Origin: Acidimicrobiales bacterium | Lineage (GTDB): Bacteria; Actinomycetota; Acidimicrobiia; Acidimicrobiales; Aldehydirespiratoraceae | Reading direction: 5' to 3' | Assembly: GCA_965116665.1 (NCBI GenBank) | Contig: OZ220709.1 | Coordinates: forward strand, 1,340,669-1,404,668 | Length of the DNA: 64,000 nucleotides | In this document: positions 44,774 through 52,164 of the stretch, in pieces | Layout: every line of letters starts with the position of its first letter | How positions within the stretch are numbered: the first letter of the stretch is position 1 | Translations under genes and position numbers: made by a program | The notes under the pieces: generated by a model | Told to the model about the DNA's origin: nothing | Databases searched by the model: none | What the model saw: only the letters and a program-made list of their open reading frames with translations

Positions 44774-45146
44774 CGCGACCCTTGCTATCCGAGATCCTGC
44801 CGGCTGAAGCCGTGCAGCGCCTTGTGGGATCCCGAGGCGCGACTTCCCGGTGCCGGTGCCTCAGCTTGCCGTCGGCGCCTTCCGTCACGTACTTCTCGCC
44901 GCTTGTGGTGGCCGGTGGTTCCGTCGCTGCAGCGCAGCAACCGTGCCTAATTCGTTAAGGCGCCGCTTGTCGGCGATGGTGAGTCCACCGCCATCTACTC
45001 TGCGCATACCGCTGACAGTACTGTGACCCTGCGACACGCTTAGCCCTCTGTGCACGGCTTTCGCACCGCAACCCTGCCCAACCTCGCCAACTTAGGTGCG
45101 TGTGCCCTGCGCGATAGTCGTCGACCCTTCTGCGGGCACGTGCCAC

Positions 45147-45182
45147 TGGATCGGTAGCCCGGACTCGAACCCGGCCCTTCTG
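45147..45182 (-). repeat. Remnant of a tRNA 3' half (T-arm + acceptor), direct repeat of the 3' half of the tRNA-like gene at 50236..50308
   Basis: Minus strand cagaagggccgggttcgagtccgggctaccgatcca versus cagaggaaccgggttcgagtcccggctgccgctca at 50234-50268. About 28 of 34 aligned positions match by eye, in the same orientation. Confidence 0.5.
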
Positions 45183-45275
45183 CTGTGTCGATCTGCCGGT
45201 GATCGACGCCTCGGGGGTCGCAATATACAGTGCGTGCATGGCTGCTCATGAGCTCCGCCGAGTCCAGCCCTTCTC

Positions 45276-45746
45276 GTGTTGCCGGGGCCACTGTCGGACA
45301 GCGGGGCGATCCAAGTGGTGCCGGTGCTAGGCAGGTCTGGGGCCTCAGCGCTGGTCGACTTCGTCGTGCCGGGCACTCCGAAGTCCCAACAAGCGGACAA
45401 CAAGAGCATCAAGCGGTGGCAACAGAAAGTGAAGGCCGCAGCGCCAGATCTACCCGAGTTCTTGACAGGTCCGCTGAGGGTGCGGATTGCCTTCTTCTTC
45501 AACGGCACCACTGATGTCGACACCGACAACATCATCAAGCCGATACAGGACGCTCTTGAAGAGACCATCTACGAGAACGACAAAATCGTGGTCGATGTCT
45601 GCGCCCGCAAGATCGACCGGCAACGCCTCCCCGCCGTTGTGGGTGCTCCTACAGTGCTGTTAGCGGCTCTAGCCGAACCGGCCGGGAACTTCGTGTTTGT
45701 TCGGGTCGCGTCCGCTCAAAATGGACTCGGTCCGTCATGGCTATGA
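45276..45746 (+). CDS. RusA-family Holliday-junction resolvase-like protein
   Basis: ORF 45276..45746. FVVPGTPKSQ...LRVRIAFFF...DVDTDNIIKPIQDALEETIYENDKIVVDV matches the RusA D-x-D-N..K...DAL..DD pattern. Start uncertain. Confidence 0.6.
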   Translation: MLPGPLSDSGAIQVVPVLGRSGASALVDFVVPGTPKSQQADNKSIKRWQQKVKAAAPDLPEFLTGPLRVRIAFFFNGTTDVDTDNIIKPIQDALEETIYENDKIVVDVCARKIDRQRLPAVVGAPTVLLAALAEPAGNFVFVRVASAQNGLGPSWL

Positions 45747-46600
45747 CATCACCCGAGCGTGACGCCGTTGAGCGCGCCAGGGCCGCGTATGTGGCTGACG
45801 GCTACACCGTCAGCGTCCAGGAACGGCTCGAGCCGCTCGGCGACTTCAGGGCCGACGCTGTGGCCCGTCGGGGGAATGAGACCGTGGTCATCGAGGTCTG
45901 CTCGGCTGGATTGGCTGACTGGGAACGTGAGAGGATTGCCCGTCTAGCCGAGAAGGTCACCACCCAAGACGGTTGGCGCGTCGACATCTTCACCTACGAG
46001 TCTGTCACTCGACGGCCCGTCCCCAAACGCGACGATGTGGTTCGCCGCATCGAAGAGGCTCGCCGAGTGGCGGACCTGTCGATCGAGGCGGCAGTCATGT
46101 TGATCTGGTCCGCCGTTGAGGGTGCGCTGCTCCAGTTCTCCGGACGGCGCGGTCTTGGCTCTGCTCGTGCAGTGTCGCCGCGCGCTCTCATCCTGCAGCT
46201 CAACATCGATGGCATTCTCACCGACAGCCAGGCCGACGATCTGGATGATCTTGCCCTGATCCGTAACGACATAGCGCACGGAATGCGCTCAACTCTGCCA
46301 GATCAGCAGCGACTGGAAAGGCTGGCCGAACTCGCGCTAGCACTCGCGGCTTCCCATGACGATGTGGCCAGCGCCGAAGACATGATCGAGTGGTTCTTCA
46401 CCAACTACGCCACACCGGAAGAAGCGGCGCTGTTCTACGACAAGGAGGAGGGCGACTACTTCTGGCTCGGGGCTGGTCCTCATGATCCAGCCGATGTCTT
46501 GCAGGATCAGTTCGACACAGCATCGGAATCCGACATCGCCGAAGCCGTCACGGTGATCACCCGGCAAGGCTTCGATTGGGCTCGGCGCGATCATCTGTGA
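45737..46600 (+). CDS. PD-(D/E)xK-like N-terminal domain fused to a HEPN domain
   Basis: ORF 45737..46600 overlaps the RusA-like gene by 10 nt. FRADAVARRGNETVVIEVCS is a nuclease-fold pattern. LALIRNDIAHGM is a canonical RN-xxx-H HEPN motif. Confidence 0.6.
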   Translation: MAMTSPERDAVERARAAYVADGYTVSVQERLEPLGDFRADAVARRGNETVVIEVCSAGLADWERERIARLAEKVTTQDGWRVDIFTYESVTRRPVPKRDDVVRRIEEARRVADLSIEAAVMLIWSAVEGALLQFSGRRGLGSARAVSPRALILQLNIDGILTDSQADDLDDLALIRNDIAHGMRSTLPDQQRLERLAELALALAASHDDVASAEDMIEWFFTNYATPEEAALFYDKEEGDYFWLGAGPHDPADVLQDQFDTASESDIAEAVTVITRQGFDWARRDHL

Positions 46601-46857
46601 CCCAAGGCGACCCATCGCGACGGCCAAGCGGATCATGACGAGAGCGGCTGCGCCCTACGAAGCCCGCCACGCGGCCTCGCCGGCGTGAAGCTCGCGCAGG
46701 CGCACACCACAACCCGACCAGTTCGGGCACATCATGAACGTTCTAGCCGGTCGCCATCGCGCTCCGCCAAGAACCGCGCTGAACCAATCTGAACGGCCCT
46801 AATCCCCTTGGAGCGCTGGCTCACGGCCTCCCAGCCGTGTGTTGGATGGGATGTCGG

Positions 46858-47637
46858 TCAACGCGAGTTCCCAATATCTGCGGACGGGGTGTGGCCTCGC
46901 TCTGTGTTGTCAGTGGTCTGGCCGCTGTCGAGACAGACTTCGGGACTGGTCGACGTGCCATCGCAGTGAGATGTTGGGGCCGACCACATCGACATCCATA
47001 GGCCGATCATGCCCAGCACCGCTCCTGCGGCGATCCAGATGACGCCCGTGCCCAGGTGGGTCAGTCGTGCCGCGTTGGTGTCTACGCCCGTGGGAACATT
47101 CTCGGCGTAGTCGCGTGCCAAGAACCTGCGGAGCTCCCCCGGTTCGTTCGTGAGGTCAATAACGATGTCGGTCTGTTTGAACGGTGCCCTGTCTCCGATG
47201 AGTGCTCCCATTACGAGCGCACCCAGGAGCATCATCCCGGAACCGGACAGCAGCAGGATGCAAGTGATCGTTCGCCAGGGCTGCTCGATGCCGTTGAGAT
47301 CGTCTAGCGATGTGAGGAAGAAGACTGATGCCGCTACCCCCACGGTCAGCAGGACGCTTGCTCGGGTGGTGACGTACTGCAGCTCGCTGAACTGGCTGTC
47401 GAGTTGGCGCCGGCCTTCTTGTATGGCGAGAGTCTGGTCTTCTTCGTCCCAGGATTCGATGCCCTCGCCGATCTCGCCCGGATGGACCTTCTTGTGCCTG
47501 TAGATCTTGATCTTGTATCTGGTCAGCACCGCGATGACGAAGGACAGGTGGTGGTGGTTCCACCATCGGGTCTTGGGCTGCTTCTTGGGCGTTTCGGGTT
47601 CATCAGCGCTGGGGCCGGTGTCGAGGTCGCGGGTCAT
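46858..47637 (-). CDS. Multi-pass membrane protein, last gene of the ATP-grasp cassette
   Basis: ATG 47637 overlaps the ATP-grasp stop (ATGA). Hydrophobic segments: SVLLTVGVAASVFFLTSL, ITCILLLSGSGMMLLGALVMGALIG, GVIWIAAGAVLGMIGLWMSMW. Visibly lower GC. Confidence 0.6.
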   Translation of the reverse strand: MTRDLDTGPSADEPETPKKQPKTRWWNHHHLSFVIAVLTRYKIKIYRHKKVHPGEIGEGIESWDEEDQTLAIQEGRRQLDSQFSELQYVTTRASVLLTVGVAASVFFLTSLDDLNGIEQPWRTITCILLLSGSGMMLLGALVMGALIGDRAPFKQTDIVIDLTNEPGELRRFLARDYAENVPTGVDTNAARLTHLGTGVIWIAAGAVLGMIGLWMSMWSAPTSHCDGTSTSPEVCLDSGQTTDNTERGHTPSADIGNSR

Positions 47638-48560
47638 GAGTGGCCGCTCAGAAAGCTCACGATGTGGTCGGTTATGGGATCAGCGACGTCTGGTGGCAGG
47701 AACATCCACTGACCGGCCGGGTTCAAGTCGATGAACGTCGGCTCGCCCGTTACCGGCATCAGCCAGTCTTGGCTCGAGAATCCGACTCGCAACTCGGCGG
47801 CGAGTCGGGCGGCTTGGGCTTGGACCTGTTGCGATTCATGTCGGCGCCACGAATGGTGAGCGTCATCGGCGAGGCGCCAGTCCAGTGGCCAACAGTCGCC
47901 GTCGAGAACCGCTGTCGTGACGATGCTTCCGGCTGTGACCACCCGCAGGTGCTGGTGAACCTCGATTCGCTGCTGGGCGACGAACGGGGCAGACCCGAAG
48001 TCTCCGGTCGCCAGAAGATCTGTAGTCAGCGGAGTTGTGTGCACCGCCTGAGGTTCTCCCTGGGTGTTGACGAACGCGCCGGTTGCGAGGGGCTTGATGA
48101 CCGCGTCGTCGCCCAGCGCTCGCTGTATCTCAGCGGGGTCCGAGGACACGATCGTCGCAGGCGTAGCGATCCCGAGCCGTCGCGCCGCCGTTAGCTGATG
48201 AATGCGGTCCTCGGCCGATTGCAGCGCGTCGATGTCGGTAACCCAGTCGCGGTTGCCATGACGTGCGATGGACGCGATGAGGCGTACTCGTGCACGGAAT
48301 GACACATCCGAGACCGACCCGACGCGATCACCGCTGCTCCATCGGCTCGGTGCCGCCCTTCGCAGCCAGGCGCGGCCCTCATCGGCGATCACCTCTCCGT
48401 CGATGACGAGTGCTTGCGGCGAGAACGAGTAGCTGACCTGCGCCAGCGAGTCAGCGTCGAACACCACAGGCTCGACACCGCGCTCTTGGAGCCGGTCGGC
48501 GACAGTGCGAAGATGGGCGTCCGACTCGTTGCCCACCAGCAGCGGGCGCTGACCCATCAC
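47634..48560 (-). CDS. ATP-grasp ribosomal-peptide maturase (graspetide ligase-like)
   Basis: ORF 47634..48560; GTG 48560 or ATG 48557 overlaps the precursor stop. Pre-ATP-grasp N-terminus LLVGNESDAHLRTVADRLQERGVEPVVFDADSL, then VIKPLATG and a C-terminal FIDLNPAGQWMFL block typical of RiPP ATP-grasps. Confidence 0.75.
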   Translation of the reverse strand: MMGQRPLLVGNESDAHLRTVADRLQERGVEPVVFDADSLAQVSYSFSPQALVIDGEVIADEGRAWLRRAAPSRWSSGDRVGSVSDVSFRARVRLIASIARHGNRDWVTDIDALQSAEDRIHQLTAARRLGIATPATIVSSDPAEIQRALGDDAVIKPLATGAFVNTQGEPQAVHTTPLTTDLLATGDFGSAPFVAQQRIEVHQHLRVVTAGSIVTTAVLDGDCWPLDWRLADDAHHSWRRHESQQVQAQAARLAAELRVGFSSQDWLMPVTGEPTFIDLNPAGQWMFLPPDVADPITDHIVSFLSGHS

Positions 48561-48757
48561 ATCAGAGGCAACACAGAGTCGTCGTCGTAAGTCTCCAAGT
48601 TCGACCTCGTGATGAGAGTGCCGCAGTCCGCGATCGACGGCAGCACGAAGTCGTCGTCGTAGGTCTCGTCGGGGTTAGCGGTGACAAAGGTGCCGTGATC
48701 TGACGCTGCCGCCGCGACGGGGCGGCCGAGCAGTTCGAACAGGTTGGTCTTTCCCAC
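48557..48757 (-). CDS. Candidate graspetide precursor peptide (66 aa) with two repeated cores
   Basis: GTG 48757 with AGGAGAG RBS 5 nt upstream. Leader MGKTNLFELLGRPVAAAASDHG, then TFVTANPDETYDDDFVLP and TLITRSNLETYDDDSVLP. Thr plus Asp/Glu-rich cores suit ester cross-links. Confidence 0.6.
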   Translation of the reverse strand: MGKTNLFELLGRPVAAAASDHGTFVTANPDETYDDDFVLPSIADCGTLITRSNLETYDDDSVLPLM

Positions 48758-48890
48758 AGGACTCTCTCCTGTCGTGTAGTTACTCGGAGAATACCCCGGC
48801 GAGATCGCGCCGAGAACGATCCTGTCACCATCGGGGAGCGGAAGACCGGCTCTCCAAACCCATAGCTGCGGGCCCGCTTCGCCGAGTGCC

Positions 48891-50075
48891 TCAGCACGCG
48901 CTCGGGTTGGCAGCTAAGGCGGCGGCTGTTTGAGCCTGGTTGCGCTTGTAGCGGGCTGCGTCGCAGACGACTTGGGGCATGATCTGTTCCCAGGCGGCAG
49001 AGGTCCGAGGATCCCGGCGGTAGTGAGCGCATCGGCATACGGTGACCTTGAGATCATCTAGCTCGAGTTGAGTCAGGCGGGCGCGCTCGGCGCTCCTCGC
49101 GCGGATCCTGGCCCTATTGGATTCAGTGGCGAACGGCGACCGGTACATGGTGTCATCGGACCCTTGGCATGCCTGCCGGTCTTTCCAGGCGACGCGCACC
49201 CGCGGTGGGGCGTTGCAGGCGGCCCCGATGCGGTCATCCAGCACAAGCCAGTGCCAGGCTCCGCCTTCCGCGAAGCGCCGCGCCGTCTGCGAATTGCTCG
49301 CCGCTGACGAAGGCTCACAGACGACGAACGGTGAGCTGATCACACCCGGCGCGCCAGCCACTTGCCAGTCCACGAGGTCTTCACGCGCAGCGGACCCCGC
49401 CACGACGCGCACCTCGCCGGGGGCCATGTCGGGGTCGGGAGCGCCGCAGATCAGCACGTGGGGTGACAGCGGCATGATGAATTCAGCGGTCCCGACCGGT
49501 CGGCCACCCCAGTCATGTGCGTCCAGCACCGGCACCGCGCCCAACGGCACGGAGTCATCGGCGTGGACGACAATCTCGATTCCGCAGGCGTGGTACCGCT
49601 GGTGCGCGTCATTCCACCGCTGATCGATGTGCGCTGAGGTCTTCGCCGCATCGGCCTGCCCGCCGCCGAAGAAATGTCGCAACGGCACGACCAGCGACCG
49701 CGCGTGATGCAACACCGCGAAGTCGACCAACGTCTCAACCCGTGACAGGTCCTCGACAAGATAGGTGCGGGCAGCGACGAGGTCGCTCAGAGACTCCCCG
49801 AGTTCTGTGTGCAGTTCGTTGATCACCGTCTTCGCAGCGTCTTCGAGCGTGCTCCACGCTGTCTCCTGTTCACAGGAAGCGGTCTCGCGCGTGTAGTACA
49901 GCGCTCCGAAGGGCACCGAGACGGTGTCGCGGTGGCATAGACAGACCACTGCGACCTGCCCATCGTCGTCGGACCAACGCTCAACGTGCGACGCAGTGAC
50001 GTAATGCTGCTTGGGAGGTCTGGAGTGCAACGCCCGCCTGATGGTCTGACTTCGGCATCCGCCGCGGCATCGCAA
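48891..50075 (-). CDS. DUF4238-family protein
   Basis: ORF 48891..50075. The N-terminal PPKQHYVTASHVERW is a DUF4238-type opening. The start may be TTG 50030. Confidence 0.6.
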   Translation of the reverse strand: MRCRGGCRSQTIRRALHSRPPKQHYVTASHVERWSDDDGQVAVVCLCHRDTVSVPFGALYYTRETASCEQETAWSTLEDAAKTVINELHTELGESLSDLVAARTYLVEDLSRVETLVDFAVLHHARSLVVPLRHFFGGGQADAAKTSAHIDQRWNDAHQRYHACGIEIVVHADDSVPLGAVPVLDAHDWGGRPVGTAEFIMPLSPHVLICGAPDPDMAPGEVRVVAGSAAREDLVDWQVAGAPGVISSPFVVCEPSSAASNSQTARRFAEGGAWHWLVLDDRIGAACNAPPRVRVAWKDRQACQGSDDTMYRSPFATESNRARIRARSAERARLTQLELDDLKVTVCRCAHYRRDPRTSAAWEQIMPQVVCDAARYKRNQAQTAAALAANPSAC

Positions 50076-50235
50076 CGCTAACGCATCCCGAAGCTGCGTA
50101 ACGACGGCTTGTCGTCGCCGCTGATCGAGCCTCGTCGCCGCATGGCCGGGCCCCTGTTTAGCCGGCCGCGAGTCGGACTGAGCCGTCGTCCCGGCATCTG
50201 TAGCAGCCCACGACAGGGGCTGCCGTTTGATTTGA

Positions 50236-50308
50236 GCGGCAGCCGGGACTCGAACCCGGTTCCTCTGCGAGTGTGCAGGAGCTCTAACCCTGTTGAGCTA
50301 CTGCCGCT
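50236..50308 (-). tRNA. tRNA-like gene with non-canonical anticodon arm (probable pseudo-tRNA or unusual tRNA)
   Basis: Good acceptor (GCGGCAG/CTGCCGC), D-arm (GCTC-AACAGGGTTA-GAGC) and T-arm (CCGGG-TTCGAGT-CCCGG). Only 21 nt lie between the D- and T-arms. The best fold is CTGC-ACACTC-GCAG: a 4-bp stem with a 6-nt loop and no U33. Confidence 0.55.
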
Positions 50309-50784
50309 ACTTTGTGTGACTGCTGAACACCGGCTGGCTGACCCTTGTGGAGGAGACATTCGCGTGTCGGCCTTGCACTCCTCATGCACCATCCAGATCT
50401 TGTGCTGCCCGCCGCTCCCCCAGTGTGCGCTGAGTCGGTCCATGGTCGGCCCGGAGCGGTGTGCCCTGCTTCACGCAACAGGGGCGCCGTTGTGCGGGCC
50501 GGGCAGCTAACCGATGGTTACGCTCCCGCCCGCCTCGCATGTTTGCTTGCTAACAAGGTCGGACTCCTCGAGTTCGGTTCGGCCGCACAACGTATCACAC
50601 CCCCAAAGTGGGGGCAACACACGTTTTGTCGCTTCCACCTCAGATTACCACATGACACTAAGATACCCTGAATAATCTGATGCACTGGGCTGGGCGTCGC
50701 GCCGGGCTGCCGGGACACAGCAGGTACAGAAACCTTGACCATCGACGAAGCGCTGCCCATTGGTGTCGCGCGAAGCTGGCCGGC

Positions 50785-51360
50785 ATGGACGTAGATCACG
50801 TGCCCGAACTGGTTGGCGACCAGGTGAGACTGCGCGAGCTTCGAGACAGCGACATCGCGCTGCGGGCGTCTCTTGGGCGAAGCCGCGAGATCGCTCGTGG
50901 CTTCGGCGAAGACCTCCACCTGGACGAGCCCATGGCCCAACACGACGCCGCCGACGAACTCGCCCGCCGATTCGGGTCCGGTCCGCACTGGGTCATCGCC
51001 GACCAACACGACGTATTCGTTGGGATCGTGCGCCTGGCCCCCATCGACACCGAGAACCGGTCAGCACGCCTAGGCATCGGGATCCTGGATCCGGGTCGCC
51101 TCGGGCAGGGCCTCGGCACCGACGCAATCCGCCTCGTGCTCGCCTGGGCGTTCAATCGCCTCGACCTGCACCGGGTCAGTCTCACCGTCCTCGCCGACAA
51201 CAGCCGCGCCATCGCCGCCTACACCAGATGCGGTTTTGTCGTCGAGGGAAGACTCCGCGACACGCTCCTTCGCGACGGCGCATGGCGCGACGACTTGAAC
51301 ATGGCCATCCTCAAGCCGCAATGGACATCCCAACAGGCCGGCACACAGACGCCTCGTTGA
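50785..51360 (+). CDS. GNAT-family N-acetyltransferase (RimJ/RimL-like)
   Basis: ATG 50785 in ORF 50680..51360. Motifs: acetyl-CoA motif A region LGIGILDPGRLGQGLGTDAIRLVLAWAF, then LHRVSLTVLADNSRAIAAYTRCGF. Confidence 0.8.
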   Translation: MDVDHVPELVGDQVRLRELRDSDIALRASLGRSREIARGFGEDLHLDEPMAQHDAADELARRFGSGPHWVIADQHDVFVGIVRLAPIDTENRSARLGIGILDPGRLGQGLGTDAIRLVLAWAFNRLDLHRVSLTVLADNSRAIAAYTRCGFVVEGRLRDTLLRDGAWRDDLNMAILKPQWTSQQAGTQTPR

Positions 51361-51537
51361 GAGGTCAACACGGCGCACCCGGCCGCCTGCGCCAGCTGCT
51401 CTCTGGTGCTCACCGAACCTCACTCTCAATCGCAGAACCGGTCATACGCCCGCCTCGATGCCGCTCGGTGGCGCCGTCAACCCCGAGCGCGGTCTAATAC
51501 GTAGTGTCGAGACGGTCGAGCCGCCTGCGGATCCTGC

Positions 51538-52164
51538 TTGGATCCAACGAGCGGGCCTACAGTGGCCGCGGTGAGCGTCAAAGTCGGGTTGCGGATGCTG
51601 CGCAGCGCCCCCGCGATGGAAACCGCCGCCGCGGCCGAAGCCGCAGGGATCCCGGTGCGTGACCTGGTGACCGGAGTTGAGCGGCTGCGGGGGCGTGGAC
51701 GCTGCGACCAGCTAGCCGCCGACGCGATCACCTACCCCCGCATCGCCAAATACAAGAAGCGACGCATCCTCAACCTGCGGGCTTGCCCGCCGCCGGTGAC
51801 GCTTCGCTCAACTTGGGACACCGACATCGCCGACGGTGACCCGGTCCCGGGTATGGCGAGATGGACCCGCCGCAGCGTCGAACTGGCCACCGCGCCGAGG
51901 GTCGCGTTCACCTCAGCTGTAGCGGCTCCGGTGTCGGCCGCTGCGCAGGTCGTCGAGCAGGTCCACTGTCCGGCGGCGATCGCTGTCCTGTTGGCGGCGG
52001 GTCCCCCGCATCGCACCGAGCGCCTGGCGGCTGTGACCCCGCACCCGGCTGCGCTGGCCGCTCTGGTCGCCTCAGATGACGCCGCCACCCGCAGCGCCGC
52101 CGCGAGCCGCGACGACCTGCCGCCGGCACTAGCAGCCGCTACCCGAGCAGCGGAGCCGTGTTGA
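51538..52164 (+). CDS. wHTH + LRV-like helical-repeat protein (paralogue of 38794..39438)
   Basis: ORF 51538..52164. See the paralogue alignment above. Its stop overlaps the GTG start of the next gene. Confidence 0.55.
   Translation: MDPTSGPTVAAVSVKVGLRMLRSAPAMETAAAAEAAGIPVRDLVTGVERLRGRGRCDQLAADAITYPRIAKYKKRRILNLRACPPPVTLRSTWDTDIADGDPVPGMARWTRRSVELATAPRVAFTSAVAAPVSAAAQVVEQVHCPAAIAVLLAAGPPHRTERLAAVTPHPAALAALVASDDAATRSAAASRDDLPPALAAATRAAEPC

Noticed and set aside
44773-45276. ORFs 44955..45239 (-), 45040..45291 (-) and 45092..45568 (-).
   Set aside because: Short, basic, shadow-like products overlapping the tRNA-fragment repeat. No RBS or motif support. The region is better explained as a non-coding island junction.
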